A program made the translations under genes and the position numbers. Positions 1-7,132 of a stretch of 30,446 nucleotides of DNA are shown piece by piece. Below the pieces are notes generated by a model. It worked only from the letters and a program-made list of their open reading frames with translations. It searched no databases and was not told where the DNA came from. The stretch spans positions 1 to 30,446 of the IMG/VR virus record IMGVR_UViG_3300043403_000016, one strand, 5' to 3'. Every line of letters starts with the position of its first letter. Position 1 is the first letter of the stretch. Origin of the DNA: a virus (taxonomy: Duplodnaviria > Caudoviricetes).

Positions 1-46
1 CGACGCCGACGGTCAGAATCACGGCGACGAGGGCCCGGCTGTCCAT
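1..46 (-). CDS. 5' end of a small membrane protein (MDSRALVAVILTVGV...), truncated by the window edge; possibly the start of a lysis module
   Basis: ATG at 46-44 overlaps the TGA of the upstream gene (TGATG); hydrophobic N-terminus; only 15 codons visible. Confidence 0.45.
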   Translation of the reverse strand, partial: MDSRALVAVILTVGV

Positions 47-543
47 CAGCGATACTCCACCCATGCGATAAAATCTGCCGTAGCATTGATCGTGATGCGA
101 TACCACCACCCTGCCGGGATCACCGCCATGGCATAGGCTGCCCATCCTGCGATCAGGTTGCCGTTCCGGGCAAAGACGGAGTTCGCCGGGTTGTTCGGTC
201 CCGCTGCAATCTGGACCTGAGAGTTCGACGTCGCGCAAACGATCATCGGTCTCCCGAGGGTGTTTTGGTAGTTCACGTCCCGCAGCCTGCTCGGCAGCAT
301 ATTCGTCGGTGTGCCTCCGAAGGGATGGGTCGCGCTTGCTTGCGGGATCTGGTTCGTCCGCGCCCGCGTCGCGGCAGGCGACATGAGGAGGTCTGCTCGG
401 GTGCCCGCTTGGGCCTGCGCATTGGTGGCGAAGGGCAGGGCGGCGGGCTGCATGATCCAGACCGTGCCATTCCACACGAAACTGCGACCCTCTGCCGTGT
501 AGACTTGGTTCAGGCTGGGTGCGCTCGGGAAATTCAGGCTCAT
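46..543 (-). CDS. small tail-fibre tip/receptor-binding-like protein, paralog 3 (165 aa, MSLNFPSAP...)
   Basis: Start reassigned to ATG 543 (ATGA overlap with the upstream stop). Same MxLNFPxxP-NQxYxAEG-FVWxG-W N-terminus as the two neighbours; C-terminal NYQNTLGRP...IPAGWWYR...WVEYR resembles fibre C-terminal domains. Confidence 0.75.
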   Translation of the reverse strand: MSLNFPSAPSLNQVYTAEGRSFVWNGTVWIMQPAALPFATNAQAQAGTRADLLMSPAATRARTNQIPQASATHPFGGTPTNMLPSRLRDVNYQNTLGRPMIVCATSNSQVQIAAGPNNPANSVFARNGNLIAGWAAYAMAVIPAGWWYRITINATADFIAWVEYR

Positions 544-1055
544 TGGTTCGACCCCCGCCACTCCCACCACGCCGTCGCGCCTGCCCTGTTCGTCACGCTG
601 TTCAGCCGGAACCACCACGCCGTCGGGACCACGAAGATGATGGAGTTTTCCGATCCTCGCGTCGCTGCTATCCGGCCTACGTTCAGGGCAAGGGTGCCCG
701 AGTTGGCCGATCCGATGCGCGCCTCTGCCTCGCAGTTGGCGTCGCGATCCCAGAAACTGACCGCGACCATCAGCGGACGCCCGAAGGTGTTTTGGTAGTT
801 CACCCCATGCGTTCTGGCGACTGCGGTCGGAGCCCCGAAGACATGCGCGGGCGCGGCGGGTATGGCATCCAGCACGGCGCGGAGGTTGGCGGGCTGCATC
901 GGACGGTCGGTGTTTGTTCCGGCCAGTGCCTGCGCATTCGTGGCCCACGGGAAGGGGTCCAGAACAGCCCAGAGGGTGCCGTTCCAGACGAAGGACACGC
1001 CCTCTGCCGTGTAGACTTGATTCAGGACCGGGCTGGCTGGGAAATTGAGGGCCAT
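540..1055 (-). CDS. small tail-fibre tip/receptor-binding-like protein, paralog 2 (171 aa, MALNFPASP...)
   Basis: Start at ATG 1055 (TAATG overlap); paralogous motifs NYQNTFGRP, VPTAWWFR, WWEWR. Confidence 0.75.
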   Translation of the reverse strand: MALNFPASPVLNQVYTAEGVSFVWNGTLWAVLDPFPWATNAQALAGTNTDRPMQPANLRAVLDAIPAAPAHVFGAPTAVARTHGVNYQNTFGRPLMVAVSFWDRDANCEAEARIGSANSGTLALNVGRIAATRGSENSIIFVVPTAWWFRLNSVTNRAGATAWWEWRGSNQ

Positions 1056-1540
1056 TACCACTCCCACCAGTTTGCGATGGACGCCCCGACGCCGTTGATC
1101 CGGTAAAACCAGCCCGGAGGGACTGCGAAGGACGCCCCCCTGTTGTTCCGCCCCGATGCGCCAAGAAGGACTGCGATCAGTTGATCTGCCAAGGTGCCGG
1201 TGGGGCCAATCCTTACTTGACCCCCGATGTCGCCGCTAAAATTGACCTGCACCATGCGGCTGCGAGTGCCCGTGTTCTGGTAGTTTGTCCCGATGACGCG
1301 CTGGGCTGCGACGTTCACGGGGGTGCCCCCCATCACGCCTGTCTGGAAATTCCTTGCCACGATGGCCTGCTCCGTCGTCAGGGGCGACAGGGCGACGTCT
1401 GTCCGCGTGCCCGCCAGCGCCTCTGCTTGGGTCGCCCAAGGCCACGTCACCAGCCATTGCGCCCCATCCCAGACAAAGGTCACGCCCTCTGCCGAGTAGC
1501 GTTGATTGATCGCAGGGCTGTTTGGAAAATTGAGGGCCAT
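1055..1540 (-). CDS. small tail-fibre tip/receptor-binding-like protein, paralog 1 (161 aa)
   Basis: MALNFPNSP...WATQAEALAGTRTD...NYQNTGTR...VPPGWFYR...WWEW; starts 1 nt after the tail fibre stop. Confidence 0.75.
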   Translation of the reverse strand: MALNFPNSPAINQRYSAEGVTFVWDGAQWLVTWPWATQAEALAGTRTDVALSPLTTEQAIVARNFQTGVMGGTPVNVAAQRVIGTNYQNTGTRSRMVQVNFSGDIGGQVRIGPTGTLADQLIAVLLGASGRNNRGASFAVPPGWFYRINGVGASIANWWEW

Positions 1541-1541
1541 C

Positions 1542-3503
1542 TCAGGGCTTGGCTTCCAAGGCTTCGACGCGGTGCAGCAAGGCTTTCACGGCGGATTCGG
1601 TCTCCTGTTCCTCGACCTTAAGTTCCGCCACCTTCAGGTTCAGGTTCTTGATCAGCAGGTTTTTCTCGGCATCGACCGCCTTCATCTTGGCGACGTCCGC
1701 CTGCAGCTTGGTGATTTCGGACTGCGCTTGCGAGAGGGCAGCGGTCGATGCCGAGACCGAACCCACCCCGCCAGCGGTCTGCACCCACTGGCTGCTGTCA
1801 CCGTCGTTGAACCAGACGAACAGGCCGACGGGCGCGGCAGTGCGATACCAAAGCTGCCCATTCACCGGGCTGGCAGGCGCGGTCGGGCCGACGGCGGTAG
1901 CGGCTCCCCCTGCGAGGTTCACCGTGACTCCTGCGATGCGCGCGAAGACGCCCGCGCTGGTCGTCCAGATATCGCCATTGGCGGGGGCTGCGGGTGCAAC
2001 GCCCTGCGGGATGCGGATGCCGGGCTGGTCCACGGTGCTGGCTGCGACAAAGGCAGGACCGAACACCTGCAGGCGTCCGCCGAGGGTGGGGTCTTGCGCG
2101 CCGAACAGTGTCATGCGCGGCGCGTCGTTGTGCCGCCATTGCATGAAGACGGGCGAACCTGTGGGGACGGCGCGGAACGTCCATGCCTCTGCCTGCGCGT
2201 TGTCATTGGTGCGGAAGTCGATCTGCGATAGCTGGTCGCTTGCCCGCCCGCGCAGGATCAACGCTTGCAAGGTGTTGGCATTGAGGGTCAGAGGCCCTGT
2301 CAACGTGCCGCCCGCGAGGGGCAGGAAGTCGCCGCCACCCCCGCCGCCGCCCGAACCCACAGCCCGCCAGCCATTCGCGGTCCCGTCGGTGGCCCAGACG
2401 AACATCTGCGCAGGCGGGGTGGTGTTGAACCACAACTGCCCCACCACAGGGCTCTCGGGTGCGGTCGGGCCGACGGCTGCCGTCGATGTGACGTCAATCG
2501 CGTTTCCGTTTTCATCGACCACGCCAATCTGGCGGTCAGCGAAGTTGAAGTAAATCTCGCCCCGGTCCCGACCTGTCGGGCGCGTGAGGGCGGTCGTGAA
2601 GGTCAGAATGCGCAGGGTGTTTTCCAGCATGTCGAAGACGCTGTTCTTGAGCCCCAGCGACCGCCCCGCTGCAAACGCCTGCGCCTTCCGGCCTGCCACC
2701 GCTGCGAAGGTCAGGTTGCCCGTCATCGGGGTCGATCCGTCGCGCTGGACGAAACTCTCGATACTCATCGGGTTGGAAATCGGCTGCCAGACCTGCCCGT
2801 CGTAATAGATCACGTCCAAGGGCTGCAGGGGCGTGCCGAAGGGGTCGGGGACGCCGAAGGGGAAGCTGTAGGTGCCTGCGGTCTTGACCACCGTGTAGTC
2901 GCCCGCATTGCGCGCCGTTGTGCCGTTCACGACGGGGGGCGACAGCCCGCCGCCTGCGAGGGTCGCGTCGAAGGTGCCGATGAAAAGCGACTGATGCGCG
3001 TCGATGAACGAGGCGTCCAGCCGCCCCTGTGCATTGAGGACGGGTGCCTTGCCTGCATCGGCAGGGCCGTTCGACGTCGGTCCATCGGCGATGATGGCGT
3101 CGAGGGCTGCCGCGATGCGCAGGGCGGTCGAGACCGCTGCCGCCCGTGCGGTCACCAGCACGCCGTCGCTCAGTCCCTGTGCCATCTGCGCATCGGTCGC
3201 ACGCGGGATGAAGCTGGCAGCCAGAAGGCCGAACGGATTCAGGCGAGGGGCCTTCTGCCCGTCTGCCGCGCCTGCACTCTCTTGCGTCGCGCTGAACCTG
3301 CGATCATCAAGGTGGGCTGCCAGTGTCGCGGGGCTGATCACCAGTGTCGCCGACGTGCCCGCGTCGACCTGTGCCTGTGTGGCAAAATTCAGTTGAACGT
3401 AGGACTGCACCAGCGCGTTGAAGGCATCGACGAATTTGCCCAGTTCGGTGCGGTATTCCGCTTGGATGCTGTCCAGCAGGACCAGATTGTTGCGGTCGAT
3501 CAT
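1542..3503 (-). CDS. tail fibre protein (~653 aa) with internal repeats and a C-terminal coiled coil
   Basis: Start at ATG 3503 behind GGAGGG. Fibre-type motifs ATQAQVDAGT, FLPLAGGTLTGPL, two AVGPTAPxSPVxGQLW repeats and PAAPANGDIW; position after the tail-tip genes. Confidence 0.8.
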   Translation of the reverse strand: MIDRNNLVLLDSIQAEYRTELGKFVDAFNALVQSYVQLNFATQAQVDAGTSATLVISPATLAAHLDDRRFSATQESAGAADGQKAPRLNPFGLLAASFIPRATDAQMAQGLSDGVLVTARAAAVSTALRIAAALDAIIADGPTSNGPADAGKAPVLNAQGRLDASFIDAHQSLFIGTFDATLAGGGLSPPVVNGTTARNAGDYTVVKTAGTYSFPFGVPDPFGTPLQPLDVIYYDGQVWQPISNPMSIESFVQRDGSTPMTGNLTFAAVAGRKAQAFAAGRSLGLKNSVFDMLENTLRILTFTTALTRPTGRDRGEIYFNFADRQIGVVDENGNAIDVTSTAAVGPTAPESPVVGQLWFNTTPPAQMFVWATDGTANGWRAVGSGGGGGGGDFLPLAGGTLTGPLTLNANTLQALILRGRASDQLSQIDFRTNDNAQAEAWTFRAVPTGSPVFMQWRHNDAPRMTLFGAQDPTLGGRLQVFGPAFVAASTVDQPGIRIPQGVAPAAPANGDIWTTSAGVFARIAGVTVNLAGGAATAVGPTAPASPVNGQLWYRTAAPVGLFVWFNDGDSSQWVQTAGGVGSVSASTAALSQAQSEITKLQADVAKMKAVDAEKNLLIKNLNLKVAELKVEEQETESAVKALLHRVEALEAKP

Positions 3504-3505
3504 GG

Positions 3506-4024
3506 TCAAACCCTCCTGCCGTAAATCCGCGATCCGTCGTCGTCGAAGTAGAATTGCGCCCCGTCGTCGCTCCAATACATGCGCAGGAAGTCCTGCAGGC
3601 TGCGCAAAGACGCGATCTCTGCTCCCAGTTCCACCTTGAAGCGGTCGAAGCCCGTGGCGCTCACGACGTAGTTTGTCGAAAACCTCAGTTCGGTCACTGT
3701 GAGATAGACGGGTGGGTCAAGAATGTCGCCGGGCGTCTGCAAGGTTGGCAAGTCGATGGCGAACCACGAATAGCCCGTCGCATCCGCAAAGGCCGCAAAC
3801 CTTGCGACTTGCTGGGTGTTGAAATCCCAAGCCAGCGACAGGGCCGTGGGCTGGGTGGTGTAGCGCCGCCTCTGCCGGGTCGCGCCGCTATCAAAGGGGG
3901 TCCGGGTGATGCCCATGTCGACGGCGTAGCGGTAGCTGGCACGCAGGGGAGGCCCGAGGTCGTCCACCGGGAATTTCGGCAGGCTGCTCTTGGGGAGGAC
4001 GTAGGGTGATTTCGGTTTGTTCAA
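3506..4024 (-). CDS. minor tail protein, lambda gpM/distal-tail (Dit)-like
   Basis: RTPFDSGATRQRRRYT motif followed by GYSWFAIDLP; ATGA overlap with TipJ. Confidence 0.65.
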   Translation of the reverse strand: MNKPKSPYVLPKSSLPKFPVDDLGPPLRASYRYAVDMGITRTPFDSGATRQRRRYTTQPTALSLAWDFNTQQVARFAAFADATGYSWFAIDLPTLQTPGDILDPPVYLTVTELRFSTNYVVSATGFDRFKVELGAEIASLRSLQDFLRMYWSDDGAQFYFDDDGSRIYGRRV

Positions 4025-6183
4025 ATCCCCACTCCTTGCCAGACGCGCTCATCATACAGGATGCCGCCGATCCGGACAGCCCCTTGCTGGGTCGGCTGGA
4101 TTTCGGTGATGGTGAAGTCCTGCAGGAAGTCCGTCCCGCTGCCCAAGGCGAGCAGGGTCGGCTCCTGATCCCCTCTGCCGAACAGGGTAAACGGCGCGCT
4201 TGCGGTCAGGGTGACGATGGTGCTGTCGCCTTCCGGGGTCTTGCTCAGGGTGCAGGCCAAGGGGGCGCTGATCCCGCCGCGCTGGTTGCGCAGGAAGACG
4301 TAGGGGTTGGTGACCACCGGCAGGACTTGGTCAAGGGTCAGCACGCGCCCGCTCACGCGCTCCACGCGGGCGGACTGCCCCCAGTTGGGCAACGGGTGGG
4401 AGACGCCGATGCGGTCGCCCAAGGCGTAAATAAGCCCTTCCAGTTCGGTCTCGAAGGTCACCAGCTTGCGCAGGTAGGTGTCTTGCTGCCACAGGAAGCG
4501 GGCGTAGCCTTCAGCCTGCGCTGCGCTCGTGCAGCCCAGCAGGGGCAGGGTCCGGGGGCGCACCGACGACTTCGGCCAGATGCGCGAATCTTGGGTGAAG
4601 TTTTTCGCCTCGAAGAATTCGACTTCGTAGCCGTCGAACGGCTCTTGCTGCCGGAAGGCGTAGCGGATGCTGAGGGTGTCTTTCTTGATGTTGTCCGGAG
4701 TGAACAGGGCCGACCGGAGGGGCTGGGGCCCGTCGCTGATCAGGGACAACTCGCCACCGATGGTGATCGGCCTGCCCCGCACCACGGCGGTCAGGTCGCG
4801 CAGGGCTTCGATGATGGTGGACCGCTGGTCAAATTGCCCGTTGAAGCCCGTGCGGGTTTGCCACTGGGTCCACATGCTCTGCAAGGCAGGGATGTCCAGT
4901 TCCGACCGTGGCCTGCCTGCCCCGTTCACCGCGTCTGTCATCACGTCATAGACGTGGTCTGCCGGGTTCGATGTCTCGATCAGGCCGGGCTGCCGCCACG
5001 TCGTGCTGAGACGGGTGACGTCCGCCCGGATCCGGCGCTGGGCATCGTCGGAGATCGCCTCATTGGCTTTCACCCTGACGACCAGCAGCGACGTGTCGCC
5101 GTAGGCTGGCTGCGCCGAACGATTCAGGCGGGCGCGCAGACCCACCACTTGAGTTTCTTCCAGCGCGCCCTCGCGGTAGCCAGACCTGCGCAGCCGGATG
5201 CGCCAGCGCCCGCCCGTCACGACGCGGGAAATGGTGCGCCGCTGGGGGGTCCGGGTCCGGGCCGACACCGTGTCCGTCTGCGACAGGATGGGGCCTGTGG
5301 GGTTGTCGTCGTCGTCGATCTGTTGCAGTTCGCTGATCACCGTCACCGACCATCCGCGCAGGCTGCCATCGTTGTTGACCTGCGCGATACCCTGTGGAAA
5401 CAGGAGGTCGTATTCGATGGTGACCGCGTCCGTCTCCGACGGGTTGGTGTTATACCAGCCGATGGTCGGGTTGCCGTCTTCTCGGCTTCCGATCAGGCGC
5501 TGGCCTGCGACGACAGGGCTCGTGACCACGTCTTCCCAGACCCCGGTGATCCGCTCGATTTCGCCGATCTTGCGCTTGTGGCGATCCGGGTTGAACAGCC
5601 ACGACGTGATGGTGCCGGGGGGCAGCGATGTCGCGTCGTCGTTTTCGATCAGGACGCGGTTGAGCCTGTGCCAGCCGTGCCCGATTCCAAGGATCATGTA
5701 GAGGTATTGTTCGTTGTCGATGTAGCGGTAGTAGGGCTGCGAGACGATGTTGGGGTAGGTGATCATCTGCCCGTAAATCGTCGGGATGGGCTCACCAAGG
5801 CGGGCTTGGTTCTGCCGCGCTTGGAAGCTGTAGACGGGCGAGGGCCCGCCTCGGGTGTTGTTCTTCGGCGGGGGGAACAGCAGGTAGGTGATCAGCGTCA
5901 CCGCGAAGGTCACCAGAAAGTTGACCGCCGCTTGGATCAGGAACGTCTCGAAGGTGCCGCCCGGATACTCAAGGACGACGACCGTCTCGTTTGGCTCGGG
6001 GATGAAGTCGAAGTCTTCGAGGTCGACCTTCTCTTTTCCGCCGCGCCGATAGACGACGTAGGGGTGCGCAAAACCGTCCGGAAAGCTGCGCTCCAGAAAC
6101 GCGATGAACGGGCCGTCCGTCGTGAACATCTTCGCGCCCTCGCGGGGCTGGTAGGGGTTGTCGCTGTAAATCACCCGCGCCAC
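4021..6183 (-). CDS. TipJ-family host-specificity/tail-tip hub protein (~720 aa)
   Basis: GTG start at 6183 with RBS GAAAGGAG. Motifs QNQARLGEPIPTIYG, SNPADHVYD, FNGQFDQ, LFTPDNI, GDRIGVSH. Confidence 0.85.
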   Translation of the reverse strand: MARVIYSDNPYQPREGAKMFTTDGPFIAFLERSFPDGFAHPYVVYRRGGKEKVDLEDFDFIPEPNETVVVLEYPGGTFETFLIQAAVNFLVTFAVTLITYLLFPPPKNNTRGGPSPVYSFQARQNQARLGEPIPTIYGQMITYPNIVSQPYYRYIDNEQYLYMILGIGHGWHRLNRVLIENDDATSLPPGTITSWLFNPDRHKRKIGEIERITGVWEDVVTSPVVAGQRLIGSREDGNPTIGWYNTNPSETDAVTIEYDLLFPQGIAQVNNDGSLRGWSVTVISELQQIDDDDNPTGPILSQTDTVSARTRTPQRRTISRVVTGGRWRIRLRRSGYREGALEETQVVGLRARLNRSAQPAYGDTSLLVVRVKANEAISDDAQRRIRADVTRLSTTWRQPGLIETSNPADHVYDVMTDAVNGAGRPRSELDIPALQSMWTQWQTRTGFNGQFDQRSTIIEALRDLTAVVRGRPITIGGELSLISDGPQPLRSALFTPDNIKKDTLSIRYAFRQQEPFDGYEVEFFEAKNFTQDSRIWPKSSVRPRTLPLLGCTSAAQAEGYARFLWQQDTYLRKLVTFETELEGLIYALGDRIGVSHPLPNWGQSARVERVSGRVLTLDQVLPVVTNPYVFLRNQRGGISAPLACTLSKTPEGDSTIVTLTASAPFTLFGRGDQEPTLLALGSGTDFLQDFTITEIQPTQQGAVRIGGILYDERVWQGVGI

Positions 6184-6560
6184 AGGTAGGCTCCTTTCAG
6201 GTTCAGCCCCATCCGCTGCATCGCGGAAAGGGTTTGCGTGATCACTCCGACCCCCTGCAAGGCGTGAACCACGCGCACGCCCCCAGAAACGGGCCACAGG
6301 AGCCCTGTGTGGGTTGCGCGCCCTCCCGTCCCGAAAATGGCGACAGCCCCTGCACAGGGCTCTCCTACGCGCTCCCAGCGGTCATCTCGCATCTGACCCT
6401 CTATCACGCGGATGATTTTTCGCACCGCCATGTCTTCGTCAGCCCAGTCGTCTGGCATCCAAGGGCAGCACGCCATCACCAGCCCCCAGCAGTCGAAGGC
6501 GTCCGGGCCCCTCGCTCCGACGCGGTAGGGCTTGCCGATGAAGGGGGTCGGGTCGATCAT
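6171..6560 (-). CDS. NlpC/P60-family tail-tip assembly protein (lambda gpK-like)
   Basis: GKPYRVGARGPDAFDCWGLV (catalytic Cys), HTG and VVHA. Start 6560 preferred; an alternative start at 6638 (ATGA overlap) is possible. Confidence 0.85.
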   Translation of the reverse strand: MIDPTPFIGKPYRVGARGPDAFDCWGLVMACCPWMPDDWADEDMAVRKIIRVIEGQMRDDRWERVGEPCAGAVAIFGTGGRATHTGLLWPVSGGVRVVHALQGVGVITQTLSAMQRMGLNLKGAYLWRG

Positions 6561-6574
6561 CCGCCCCCGGTCTT

Positions 6575-6616
6575 CGACGGGACTACACAAGTCGCCGACG
6601 GGACTGCACAAGTCGA
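6575..6616. repeat. 21-bp tandem duplication (cgacgggact[a/g]cacaagtcg[c/a] x2)
   Basis: Read directly; encodes DLCSPVG/DLCSPVE if the 6638 start is used. Confidence 0.85.
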
Positions 6617-6634
6617 GTTGCTTTTTTCTGCAAG

Positions 6635-7129
6635 TCATCGACTCATCCCCGGAAATTCGTTGATGCGGTAGTAGCGGCGGGGAAACTCGGCATTCACGAC
6701 GTCCGCCCGCGTCGCCGTGCCCGTCACCGCGCCGACCGTGACTTCGATATCGGTCAGAAAGAGGCGGATGGGCGGGTCGTTCTGCGGGCGCGGGTCGGTG
6801 CCGTTGAAGATGTAATAGGCGCAGAGGACGGGCTCGGAAAAGTCAGCCGACGCGCGTTCCAACTCGTCAAGCAGTTGCGGGCTGGTGTTGTCGATGCGCA
6901 GCCGCAAGTCCTGTTGCGCGCTGTCGTCCCTCTGCGGCTCCAGCGCCTCGAAAGGGACCGCTTCGAACAGCCGCAGGGCCCCGTCTGCCACGCCGTTGAA
7001 CGGCGCGGGATGGTTGGTCAGGTAGAAGGTCCGAGAAAAGCCGGGGTGCGACAGGGACAGCGCCTGCCTGACTTCGGTCTTGACCGGGGCGCTGGCATAG
7101 ATGCGCTTCTGTTCGTCTGTCAGGGGCAT
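6635..7129 (-). CDS. DUF1833-family minor tail protein
   Basis: IYASAP...LSLSHPGF...FEAVPF...LRLRIDN...FPRRYY...FPGM pattern; sits between tape measure and NlpC/P60. Confidence 0.8.
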   Translation of the reverse strand: MPLTDEQKRIYASAPVKTEVRQALSLSHPGFSRTFYLTNHPAPFNGVADGALRLFEAVPFEALEPQRDDSAQQDLRLRIDNTSPQLLDELERASADFSEPVLCAYYIFNGTDPRPQNDPPIRLFLTDIEVTVGAVTGTATRADVVNAEFPRRYYRINEFPGMSR

Positions 7130-7132
7130 CGC

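Noticed and set aside
544-1164. N-terminal 207 aa of the 372-aa track ORF 46..1164
   Set aside because: Alternative-frame read-through over paralog 2; the real start is ATG 543, by paralogy and ATGA coupling
46-1540. Diversity-generating retroelement or invertible (shufflon) cassette behind the three tip paralogs
   Set aside because: No reverse transcriptase, invertase, adenine-specific TR/VR pair or inverted crossover sites seen in the window; all three are intact, co-oriented genes
4006-6189. Long + strand ORFs (e.g. 727 aa here; also 14656..16431, 20261..21730, 22064..23494, 25879..27201)
   Set aside because: Antisense shadows of high-GC coding genes; no motifs, and they fully overlap well-supported - strand genes
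6575-6616. CRISPR-like repeat
   Set aside because: Only two directly abutting copies, no spacers, no cas genes
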